DNA of 64,000 bases. Source: Macrostomum lignano. Lineage: Eukaryota. Positions 1 to 11,300 of this stretch are shown piece after piece. The DNA lies in contig NIVC01000396.1 of the NCBI GenBank assembly GCA_002269645.1, positions 372,001 to 436,000 of the forward strand, in the 5' to 3' direction. The notes beneath the pieces were generated by a model. The model saw nothing but the letters and a program-made list of their open reading frames with translations. It was not told the origin of the DNA and searched no databases. Numbering within the stretch: the first letter of the stretch is position 1; every line of letters begins with the position of its first letter. Made by a program: the position numbers and the translations under genes.

Positions 1-171
1 GTTCTTACTTCGATTAGTTAGTTTCAAGCTTTATTCAGATGTCAAATATTGAATAAATATTTGAATTGTTACTGCGTTCTATTCAGATCTTGTTTATTGT
101 GTTCCGCCTTCTTTATTGCAGGTGTCTGCTTTGTGGAATTTTTTATGCACTAGAAAGATTTTAGCTCTGTT

Positions 172-607
172 ATAATCCCAGTTGATCCCCTGATTATCAC
201 CTGAGCAGTCAATAATCCCATTTGATCCCCTGATTATCACCTGAGCAGTCAATAATCCCATTTGATCCCCAGATTATCACCTGAGCAGTCAATAATCCCA
301 TTTGATCCCCTGATTATCACCTGAGCTGTCAATAATCCAATTTGATCCCCTGATTATCACCTGATCAGTCAATAATCCCATTTGATCCCCTGATTAACAC
401 CTGAGCAGTCAATAATCCCATTTGATCCCCTGATTATCACCTGAGCTGTCAATAATCCAATTTGATCCCCTGATTATCACCTGAGCAGTCAATAATCCCA
501 TTCGATCCCCTGATTAACACCTGAGCAGTCAATAATCCCATTTGATCCCCTGATTATCACCTGAGCAGTCAATAATCCCATTTGATCCCCCAATTATCAC
601 CTGAGCA
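172..607. repeat. 40-bp minisatellite (gtcaataatcccatttgatcccctgattatcacctgagca), about 11 copies
   Basis: Head-to-tail near-identical 40-bp units with no unique spacers. Confidence 0.95.
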
Positions 608-725
608 ACCCTCAATCCCAGATGTCAGGCACTGCATGCCAGCTCACGAATATCCCGCAGCAGCTCCGTCTCGGCATTTTCTTAGAATCAGCTGGCTCGG
701 TGCTGCATTAATTAGCGGCTAAAGC

Positions 726-2944
726 ATGGCCTCCCGCGGCAGCACCGGCAGCAGCGGCGGCGGCATCTACAAGTGCCCGCACTGCCCGTTCATCACCAAC
801 TCATCGCAGGGCCTGGGCCGCCACCTGGTGCACCGGCACCGGCCCTGGAAATTCGCCTGCTGCCGGTGCGGCGAGCGGTTCTCTCAGCGGGGCCGCCGAC
901 AACGCCACGAGCTGCTGGCCCACGGCATCGAGGCCGGCGCCGCCGACGCGGCCGAAGCTCCGTCTGCCGGCCCCGGGACTGAAGAAACCGGCGTCGGTGG
1001 CGGCGGAAAAGACGATGGCGGCGGCGAAGGCAGCGTCGGCAATTGCCTGTCCCCTGGCGCGGCTGCCGGCCCGGCCAAGTCGGTCGGGCCTCGCGCGGTG
1101 CCGGTGCCGCTGGACCTGCAGTGCCGGGAGTGCGGCCGGCAGCTGCACTCGGGCAGCGGGTTCCGCAGCCACATGTGCCGCGTCCACCCGGTCAAGTGGG
1201 CCAAAATGCGCCGCTTAGCCCGAAACCGCTGGCGCCAATTCGGGAATCGGCGCCTGACAGCTGGCGGGAAAGCAAAAACCAAGCCGACTCAGCAGGAGCA
1301 CGAGGAAGCTGAGCAGTCGGATGAAGCCGACGGAGCCGGCAGCGACGCCGATCGGATCTCGCTGAACTCCAGCTCGGCCACGAGTTCAACCAAAGCGTCG
1401 GCGGGTTCGGCCGCAACGGCAACGCCGAACAACAAGCGGCCGGGTAAATTGTGCCCGATCTGCCATAAGCTGGTTGGCTTCACTAACTATTCCCGGCACA
1501 TGCGCCGCTACCACAGAGAGGCCTGGTTAACCATGGGCGGACGGCCGCGGCTTAAGAAATCGGAGGCGGCTGCGGCTGCTGATGTCAAGAAGGAGCCGCC
1601 TGACTTGGCCGCAAAGCAGCCGGGCGAGAAGAGCAAGCTGCTGGTGAAAATAACCCGCCTGCAGTCGCTGCCGCAGGTGCTGCAGTCTGCCCAGCAGCAG
1701 AAGCAGCCAGCCTCCAAGCCCGCAAGTGCAGCCAACTGCAAGTGCGGCCACTGCGGCAAGGTGCTGTCCTGCCGCACCACTCTGCTCCGGCACATCCGCA
1801 GCATGCACCGCGCCAATTACATCTGCATGCGCTGTCGGCGAGGCTTCAACCGCAGGCAGCACGCTTACTCGCACATCACCAAGGTGCACCGGCTGCTGTC
1901 CCGGTCTGAAATTGAGTCTCTGCTCCGCTACGCCAACTGCCGCCTGGCCAGACAGTCGTCAGAGCCCGCCGCCTCCGATGCCACTTTCTCCGTGTCGCCT
2001 CCGGCCAGCCCAGTGGCATTGCTGGACACTGACGAATCCGTAGCAGAAGCGGCAGCGCACTGCCTGCGGCCAGGCCAGCTGCCCGACAAGTCCATGCCGC
2101 CGCCGCCGCCTCCGCCTCCGCCAACTACAATGCGACTGCAGCAGCAGCAGCATCCATCAGCTGCCGTGTCCTGCGACCTCGACGCCTCCACAGTCAGCGA
2201 GGAGGACGCGCTGATGTCGGAGCGGCACCAGTGCGACCTCTGCCAGCTGTCGTTTGTCTCGGCCGAGTTTCTAGCCAGCCATCGCCGCCTTTGCGACTCC
2301 TTCAGGCTTGAGGAAGTCCGCGTGCTGTCGGCCTGGTCGCTGGCCGATGCAACCGCGGCGGCTGAGGCGGCAGCGGCCGGGCCGCAGAGCACCCGGTGCC
2401 CGTTCTGCTTTGCCGAGGTGTCGCCCGCCCGGCTGCAGCGGCATGTTCGCGATGCCGCGGCCGCCGAGGCCTCCGGCGCTGTCGCTGGAGCTGGCAGTCG
2501 ACTGCACAGCCGGCCGCAGGTGTTGATGTGTGGCGCCTGCTATGAAGCTTTCCCAGGCTCGGAGCTGCTGCAGAACCATCAGGTCTGTTCGCTTGTCGTT
2601 GCACAAAATTCTATCATTTTACTACTTTAGTAAGTAGCTTAAGTCTTTAAGCGCCAAAGGCCTTGCAAAAAAACGCAATTCCATTTACATCGCAGGTGTT
2701 GGTGCACCTGAACCCGGCCGACCGGTCCTTGCTGGGCAGGCGCTGTCCGGAGTGCCGGCTCTGGCTTATCGGCGACGCGGCCATGGCTGAGCACGAGGCG
2801 GCGGCGCACAGCGAGCCCACCATGTTCGGCTGCCAGGTGTGCCGCACCTTCTGTCCGAACCGGGTGGCTTTGGTTGCTCACTATCGCTGGGTGCACCTGC
2901 TGGACGGCGGCGAAGGCGACGAGTTTGATAATGATTCGCTTTAG
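726..2944 (+). CDS. Multi-finger C2H2 zinc-finger protein, about 701 aa; exons 726-2582 and 2696-2944
   Basis: About 11 CxxC-x(11-12)-H-x(3-4)-H/C motifs (e.g. CPHC..HLVHRH, CGHC..HIRSMH). A phase-0 GT-AG intron 2583-2695 (113 bp) joins NHQ|VLVH, completing a finger and adding two more from ORF 2663-2944. TAG at 2942-2944. Confidence 0.88.
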
Positions 2945-3043
2945 ACCTTAGCAACACTGAGTGCTTATTTTAGCTATTTTTCCTGTTTAAAGTGAAAACA
3001 TGTTCTTAGTTTTAACTTTTGTCTAATTGGCTCTGGCTTTATG

Positions 3044-3738
3044 GTTGCTATGCAGTTGCTATGCCGCTGCTTTGCAGTTGCTATGCCACTGCTATGCAGT
3101 TGCTATACCGCTGCTATGCAGTTGCTATGCCGCTGCCTTGCAGTTGCTATGCCGCTGCTTTGCAGTTGCTATGCCACTGCTATGCAGTTGCTATACCGCT
3201 GCTATGCAGTTGCTATGCCGCTGCCTTGCAGTTGCTATGCCGTTGCTATGCAGTTGCTATGCCGTTGCTATACCGCTGCTATGCCGTTGCTATACCGCTG
3301 CTATGCCGTTGCTATGCCGCTGCTATGCAGTTGCTATGCCGCTGCTTTGCAGTTGCTATGCCGCAGCTATGCAGTTGCTATGCCGTTGCTATAGCGCTGC
3401 TTTGCAGCTGCTATACCGCTGCTATGCAGTTGCTATGCCGTTGCTATACCGCTGCTATGCCGTTGCTATGCCGCTGCTATGCAGTTGCTATGCCGCTGCT
3501 TTGCAGTTGCTATGCCGCTGCTATGCAGTTGCTATGCCGTTGCTATACCGCTGCTATACAGTTGCTATGTCGCTGCTTTGCAGTTGCTATGCCGCTGCTA
3601 TGCAGTTGCTATGCCGTTGCTATACCGCTGCTATACAGTTGCTATGTCGCTGCTTTGCAGTTGCTATGCCGCTGCTATGCAGTTGCTATGCCGCTGCTTT
3701 GTAGTTGCTATGCCGCTGCTATGCAGTTGCTATGCCGT
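3044..3738. repeat. 11-bp minisatellite (tgctatgccgc / tgctatgcagt variants)
   Basis: Tandem 11-mers; source of the spurious Cys-rich ORFs at 3019-3874. Confidence 0.95.
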
Positions 3739-4544
3739 TACTTTGTTAAATAAAGCTAAAGTACTTGTTAGCCAGAAGTTCAGTAGACAGGGGCAATGCA
3801 ATTATAGGAAGTACAACAGAGAAATGGACAAGTCGTTGTTTACCTGCACTCCTGTTTTATTTATCAATACCTAAGAATGCAATGCTTGCGATGCTTGAAT
3901 TAAATCGTTTTATTTGTTTTATTTTCAATAATTCGATATTATTTTTTGCGCACTTTAAAACTAGCCGGATAAATTGAATGTACTTTTGCTAGCCTGGTGA
4001 GCAATCTGTAACTGCGCTTTTAATTTTCAATATAAACTTTGCCGGAAGTTGTTCTTAGTCACCAGCTTCCGGTTTGCTTGGCTTTCGCGTCAGTAAATTA
4101 TGTAGTTCTGTATAGCTGTGCATTTTGTGTATTTTTAGCTGATTATATTACTCAATTCAATTAATTAATGTTAATGCAGACGCGTTTAATAATATCTAGT
4201 GAATAAACCAGTGCAGTCTGTCTTTGTCTGCGGAGGCGCTTGAGAATGGCTGACAACAAACCGTAATTCTTCATGTTATTGCGGCTCTTTTTGATTAAAG
4301 AATAGCAATTTGTTAATGAAAGCAATTTGTTAATAGTCTACTATGTTAGCTGGTTCTCTTTTGATTGTCTCAGTCAGCTTAATTGTCACCCTGATTACCT
4401 GTTTGTGTGCCTTCTGATGCACTCGGCAGATGCTATGGGAAAGAAATTTTGATAAACAGGATCAATGATGAAATGCTGTGATTATGAAGGCTAAAGTATA
4501 AAATATATACAAAAATATGCCAAACAAAGGTCTCCTCCGGCGCG

Positions 4545-6750
4545 CTAAATAAGCATCAGGGGCCAAAACAGCGTCAGGGGCCAAAACAGCGTCAGGGGCC
4601 AAAAGCATCAAGCGCCAAGCATAAGCGTCAGGCGCCAAAAATAAGCATCAGGTGCTAAAAAAAAGCATAAGGCGCCAAAAATAAGCATCAGGTGCCAAAA
4701 ATAAGCATCAGGTGCCAAAAATAAGCATCAGGTGCCAAAAATAAGCATCAACCGCCCAAAATAAGCATCAGGCGCCAAAAATAAGCATCAGGTGCCAAAA
4801 ATAAGCATCAACCGCCCAAAATAAGCATCAGGCGCCAAAAATAAACATCAGGTGCCAAAAATATACATCAGGTGCCAAAAATACGCATCAGGTGCCAAAA
4901 ATAAGCATCATGCGCCAAAAATTAGCATCAGGCGCCAAAAATAAGCATCAAGCGCCCAAAATAAGCATCAACCGCCAAAAATATGCATCAGCCGCCAAAA
5001 ATAAGCATCAACCGCCAAAAATAAGCATCAGCCGCCAAAAATAAGCATCAGGCGCCAAAAATAAACATCAGGTGCCAAAAATATGCATCAGGTGCCAAAA
5101 ATAAGCATCATGCGCCAAAAATTAGCATCAGGCGCCAAAAATAAGCATCAAGCGCCCAAAATAAGCATCAACCGCCCAAAATAAGCATCAGGCGCCAAAA
5201 ATAAGCATCAGGTGCCAAAAATATACATCAGGTGCCAAAAATATGCATCAGGCGCCAAAATAAGCATCAGGTGCCAAAAATAAGCATCATGCGCCAAAAA
5301 TAAGCATCAGGCGCCAAAAATAAGCATCAGGCGCCCAAAATAAGCATCAAGCGCCAAAAATAAGCATCAGGCGCCAAAAATAAGCATCATGCGCCAGAAT
5401 AAGCATCAACCGCCAAAAATAACCATCAGGCGCCAAAAATAAGCATCAAGCGCCAAAAATAAGCATCAGGTGCCAAACATTAGCGTCAGGCGCCAAAAAT
5501 AAGCATCAGGCGCCAGAATAAGCATCAACCGCCAAAAATAAGCATCAGGCGCCAAAAATAAGCATTAGGCGCCAAAAAAGCATCAGGCGCCAAAAATAAG
5601 CATCAGGTGCCAGAAATAAGCATCAGGCGCCAGAAATAAGCATCAGGCGCCAAAATAAGCATCAACCGCCAAAAATAAGCATCAGGCGCCAAAATAAGCA
5701 TCAACCGCCAAAAATATGCATCAGCCGCCAAAAATAAGCATCAGGCGCCAAAAATAAGCATCAGCCGCCAAAAATAAGCATCAGGCGCCAAAAATAAACA
5801 TCAGGTGCCAAAAATATGCATCAGGTGCCAAAAATAAGCATCATGCGCCAAAAATTAGCATCAGGCGCCAAAAATAAGCATCAAGCGCCCAAAATAAGCA
5901 TCAACCGCCCAAAATAAGCATCAGGCGCCAAAAATAAGCATCAGGTGCCAAAAATATACATCAGGTGCCAAAAATATGCATCAGGCGCCAAAATAAGCAT
6001 CAGGTGCCAAAAATAAGCATCATGCGCCAAAAATAAGCATCAGGCGCCAAAAATAAGCATCAGGCGCCCAAAATAAGCATCAAGCGCCAAAAATAAGCAT
6101 CAGGCGCCAAAAATAAGCATCATGCGCCAGAATAAGCATCAACCGCCAAAAATAACCATCAGGCGCCAAAAATAAGCATCAAGCGCCAAAAATAAGCATC
6201 AGGTGCCAAACATTAGCGTCAGGCGCCAAAAATAAGCATCAGGCGCCAGAATAAGCATCAACCACCAAAAATAAGCATCAGGCGCCAAAAAAGCATCAGG
6301 CGCCAAAAATAAGCATCAGGTGCCAGAAATAAGCATCAGGCGCCAGAAATAAGCATCAGGCGCCAAAATAAGCATCAACCGCCAAAAATAAGCATCAGGC
6401 GCCAAAATAAGCATCAACCGCCAAAAATAAGCATCAACCGCCAAAAATAAGCATCAGGCGCCAAAATAAGCATCAACCGTCAAAAATAAGCATCAGCCGC
6501 CAAAAATAAGCATCAGGCGCCAGAAATAAGCATCAGGCGCCAGAAATATGCATCAGGCGCCAAAATAAGCATCAACCGCCAAAAATAAGCATCAGGCGCC
6601 AAAAATAAGCATCAGCCGCCAAAAATAAGCATCAGGCGCCAAAATAAGCATCAACCGCCAAAAATAAGCATCAGGCGCCAAAATAAGCATCAACCGCCAA
6701 AAATAAGCATCAGCCGCCAAAAATAAGCATCAGGCGCCAGAAATAAGCAT
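4545..6750. repeat. 20-bp satellite (gccaaaaataagcatcaggc), left block, containing a 733-bp higher-order duplication
   Basis: About 110 tandem units. Diagnostic variants recur at +733 (cattagcgtc at 5478/6211; aaccatc at 5421/6154). Confidence 0.95.
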
Positions 6751-7056
6751 TAGTTGCTAGAATAACTCGAGATGAAAGACAAACTATATGCTGCGCTATT
6801 GAAACGATGAAAAACGAAAAAGGCCTCTTGAGCGAGATGCTCTGGGTCGATATATTTAATGAGCTGAGTGAAAGCGTACAATACACGTGAGCGTAATGTG
6901 GGGTGGGGCGATCAGTGAAGAATGAAAGTGGTGCGATCAATAATTAGGGACTGTACGTATGAGCAAAAAAAATATGTTAGCCTAATTGAACGTACATGTA
7001 GCTATTGCAAACGAAAAGTTTAAGAAATACCACGAGACAGTGGCAGCTCCAGAACA
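6751..7056 (-). mobile_element. Solo LTR (306 bp) of the adjacent BEL/Pao element
   Basis: Identical by eye to 7396-7701. Flanked by AGCAT at 6746-6750 and 7057-7061. No internal sequence adjacent. Confidence 0.92.
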
Positions 7057-7395
7057 AGCATCAACCGCTACAAATATGCATCAGGCGCCAAAATAAGCAT
7101 CAACCGCCAAAAATAAGCATCAACCGTCAAAAATAAGCATCAGCCGCCAAAAATAAGCATCAGGCGCCAAAATAAGCATCAACCGCCACAAATATGCATC
7201 AGGCGCCAAAATAAGCATCAGCCGCCAAAAATAAGCATCAACCGCCAAAAATAAGCATCAGGCGCCAAAATAAGCATCAGGCGCCAAAATAAGCATCAGG
7301 CGCCAAAAATAAGCATCAGGCGCCAAAATAAGCATCAACCGCCAAAAATAAGCATCAGCCGCCAAAAATAAGCATCAGGCGCCAGAAATAAGCAT
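7057..7395. repeat. 20-bp satellite, middle block
   Basis: Same unit as 4545-6750. Confidence 0.95.
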
Positions 7396-7701
7396 TAGTT
7401 GCTAGAATAACTCGAGATGAAAGACAAACTATATGCTGCGCTATTGAAACGATGAAAAACGAAAAAGGCCTCTTGAGCGAGATGCTCTGGGTCGATATAT
7501 TTAATGAGCTGAGTGAAAGCGTACAATACACGTGAGCGTAATGTGGGGTGGGGCGATCAGTGAAGAATGAAAGTGGTGCGATCAATAATTAGGGACTGTA
7601 CGTATGAGCAAAAAAAATATGTTAGCCTAATTGAACGTACATGTAGCTATTGCAAACGAAAAGTTTAAGAAATACCACGAGACAGTGGCAGCTCCAGAAC
7701 A
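7396..7701 (-). repeat. 3' LTR of the BEL/Pao element (306 bp)
   Basis: On the minus strand it starts TGTTCTGG directly after the polypurine tract and ends ..CAACTA (TA instead of CA). Confidence 0.93.
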
Positions 7702-7714
7702 TACCCCCCACCTT
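7702..7714 (-). other. Polypurine tract (AAGGTGGGGGGTA)
   Basis: Purine-rich run abutting the TG start of the 3' LTR. Confidence 0.85.
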
Positions 7715-8325
7715 GACATGTCTATGGCAAAAACAAAATAATGATGCAAAAATGTAATTTTGAAAATGAGTGGCAGTGGAAGCAAAACCTATGAGATAAA
7801 AGATGCAGAAAAAGTTATGATGCAGAACTTACGCAATTCGTACTTGTACAAAACTTGACTAACAAAATTGTCTTGCTGGGCTCTGTTACAGTAACGAAAA
7901 ATGTAGAAAAAGAAAAGAAACGCGCTTGAGTTCGAAACATAAACTGCAGTTGTATAGCATTTCACGAAAAAAGATTTTAAGACGATCAACCCATTACCAG
8001 AGAGTGATGTGATTACAAGACAAAGGACAACGTGAAATCGCGATGCAACATGGTTAAATTTGGATTACGATATAAATAATAATCGATTCAAAAAATTAAA
8101 AACCTAAATTACGAAGGCAAGCACCAAACTCAAAATTTAAACATAACCGAAATAAACGTATTTGACAAACAAACAAACTAAAACTAAGTAATCATTCGCA
8201 CACCGCAAAAAAACACTGTCTAGAAAGCGACAAAAATGATAATGACAAAATGACGAAAACGAAAATACGAATCGACACGGGGATTAACAGTTACAGTCCA
8301 TCGATCAGTGAGTCATAGTCAGCCT

Positions 8326-11300
8326 TCAATCAGTAATCAATGGGCACAGTCTGTTGATTGGCCGCGTCAGAACCTTGTCCGCCAGCTGCACCTTTGCTAC
8401 TCGAACATGGCCGTCTCGACCCGGGTACACCTCCAGGACTCGAGCCAGTGGCCAATGACCCGAGGGCTGTCCGGACAGACATACAGCACGACGTCCCCGG
8501 GCTTGAGGTCGGGCTGCTCTCGCCGCCATTTGGTTCTCGCACCGAGGCCGGGCAGCCACTCTCGGAGCCATCGCCGCCAAAACGACTGCACCAGCTGCTG
8601 CACGTAGCGCCACCGCTTGGTTGGGTTGAACACCTCGTCAGCCGAGATCTCCGGTGCCAGCTGTCCGCCAACGTGCCCGTACAGGAAGTGCGCTGGCGTC
8701 AGGACCGGATCGTCACCAGGATGGGACGACTGGTAGGTCAAAGGCCGTGAGTTCAGCAGCGACTCTGCTCCGGTAAATGCTGTTACAAGCTGCTCATCGC
8801 TGACTTCTGCCGATCTCAGGATCGCGTTTATCGCTCTCTTTGCTGATTTTATCATTGACTCATGCACGCCGCCGAAGTGCGGAGCCGCGGGCGGATTAAA
8901 GTGCCACTTGATCGGTGCGTGAGATGTGCGTGACTGCAATGCGTTCTTGTCCATCGATTTGCACAGCTCCTTTAGTTCTCTATCCGCACCAACAAAATTA
9001 GTTCCATTGAGAAGATTTCCAGAACTTGACCTCGGCGATTGATCATGCAAAACAACGCGTATAGGAAGCTGCTTGCATCAAGGCCGTACGCCATTTCTAA
9101 ATGAACTGCACGCGTTGCCATACAAGTGAAGAGCGCAAGGTACCGCTTCTGACGCACACGTCCCCGACCCTGTTTCGTCAGGAATGGACCTCCGAAATCT
9201 ATTGATACTTTCGTAAATGCTCTCAACGGTTCTAGCCGACTGGGAGGCAGTGGTGCCATCAACTGCGAAGCTGGCTGTGCCTTTCTTCTCCTGCACTCAG
9301 CACACTTGACTTCCCAAGCTCGGATGGCCTCTCGGGCAGCTGGGATCCAAAATCGAGCAGTCACTGCAGCAAGTACTTGATTGGTGCCCGCGTAATACGC
9401 TTTTTCGTGATGGTGCTTGATTATCAATTCTGTCACGTGATGGCACTTTGGCAAGATGATTGGTGATCTGATACTAACCGGCAATGCTTCGGCCAACTGT
9501 AGACGACTCTCTGAGCGAAGAACGCCGCTAGGATCGAGTCTGGGATGCATTCTAGCCAGCTTGCTGCTCTCAGAAACGCTCTTGTTCTTCCTCAAGGCGG
9601 AAAGCTCCGTGCTGAATGCATCTTGCTGCACATCCTTGATGATTCTTAACTCCGCGTCTTCTAGCTCCGACGCCTGCAGCTCTCCTCGAGTTCGGTACTG
9701 TGGTTCGAAGCGACAATTGTTGGCAAATCTGCTAATCCGGGCATTTACCCTCAGGAATTTCATCCAGCTGGAGAACCTGCTCGGATCGAGCCGCTCTACT
9801 TGATGCTTTCTTTGCTCGCTGGTGACCATTGTTGCACACATGACCGCTTCGGACGGGACTGAATCTTTCGCCGAACCTTTCGTCTCCAGGTCTGCTGGTG
9901 CTCCAACCTGGTACTTGGCCACTTGTAATCGTCATGATGTAAAACTCTGGACCGTTTTTCCATTTCTGATCCTCGGCCAGCTGAGTTATCGTTGCGCCTC
10001 TTGACAGCAGATCGGCAGGATTGCACGCCGTTGGCACGTGTCTCCACTGGTTCGGATCAGTTGCCTGCTGGATTTCTCCGATGCGATTCGCAACGAACGG
10101 TTTAAAGAAGCGTCCTCTTCCACGAATCCAAAACAGAACGTTCATGCTGTCCGACCAGAATACCGCATCTTTGATGTTCATCTCTAGTGCCTTGGCAATC
10201 TTGACCGCTAGATTCAGCCCAATGACCGCTGCCATCAGCTCCAGCCTAGGAATGCTCATAGTTGCTATGGGTGCAACTCGAGACTTGGCAGCGATGAGCC
10301 GAACGGATATCGAGGCGTCGGTGTACTTGCATCGTAGATAACACACTGCTCCGTAGGCCTTCTCCGAAGCATCGACAAAGCAGTGAAGCTGAGACTGCGT
10401 AGGTACGCAAGAGAACTGCAGACAGCGATAAACTCGAAAGCAGTTCAGCTTCGTCAGGTCAGCACACCATGCTTGAATCCTCCTTTGCAGAGCCTCGTCC
10501 GGCGCTTCATCCCAATCAAGGCCGCTGCACCAGAGCTCCTGCAATAGTATATTTGCCTGTGCAGTGAAAGGTGCTATCAGTCCGAGAGGATCGTACACTG
10601 AAGCCAATCTCTTTAGCAGATCTCTCTTTGATTTGACTGGTCTCAGCTCGCTATCAGCAACAAAGGTGAATTCATCGTCCTCACTTTTCCAGACTACTCC
10701 AAGCGTCTTCGAAACTGGCAACGGCTGACCATCCAGGCTCACCTCCGCGACTCTATCCTCTGGTGCTACACATGCAAGCAATGCTCTTGAGTTTGAAATC
10801 CACTTCCTAGCGTGCATACCAGCTCGCTCCCACAATTGGCTCAGCTCCTGATACAACTGAATAGCCTCTGAATCAGTCTTCTTCGAATCCAGGCAGTCAT
10901 CCATGTAAGTTGACTGGAGCACTGTTTCTGCGGCCGATGGAAACTCCTGCTTCAGCTTCTTCGCGTGCTCCTGAGTCACGAATTGCGCCAGAAATGGTGA
11001 GCTCGTTGCTCCAAAAACCACTCGGTTGAACTCGAATATCTGTGGTACCTTTGTCGGATCCATGTCCCGCCACAGAAAGCTGTGCGCTGCCCGATCTTCT
11101 GGTGCGATCGCGATTTGCAGGCTTATGCCAGCATAAGGCTATTCAACGACTCCTCACCGCCAGCTGAAGCATCAAAGACGATGCGCACCTTGGTAGTTGC
11201 CTTATCCATTCGAACCACTGGGAAATGAGGAAGGTGATACCTGTTCGCTGGTTGTTGCTCATGCTCCAGTACTCTTCTAATGTAGCCAACATTTTCGTAG

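Noticed and set aside
172-607. 40-bp repeat array as a CRISPR
   Set aside because: Units are contiguous with no unique spacers, there are no cas genes, and the context is eukaryotic.
3019-3874. Cys-rich ORFs (metallothionein- or keratin-like)
   Set aside because: Open in several frames because of an 11-bp tandem repeat with no stop codons.
6710-7585. Two identical 76-aa ORFs
   Set aside because: They are readings through the duplicated LTR into satellite; no coding features.
7715-8325. env-like ORF after integrase
   Set aside because: Only about 600 bp of AT-rich sequence with no suitable ORF.
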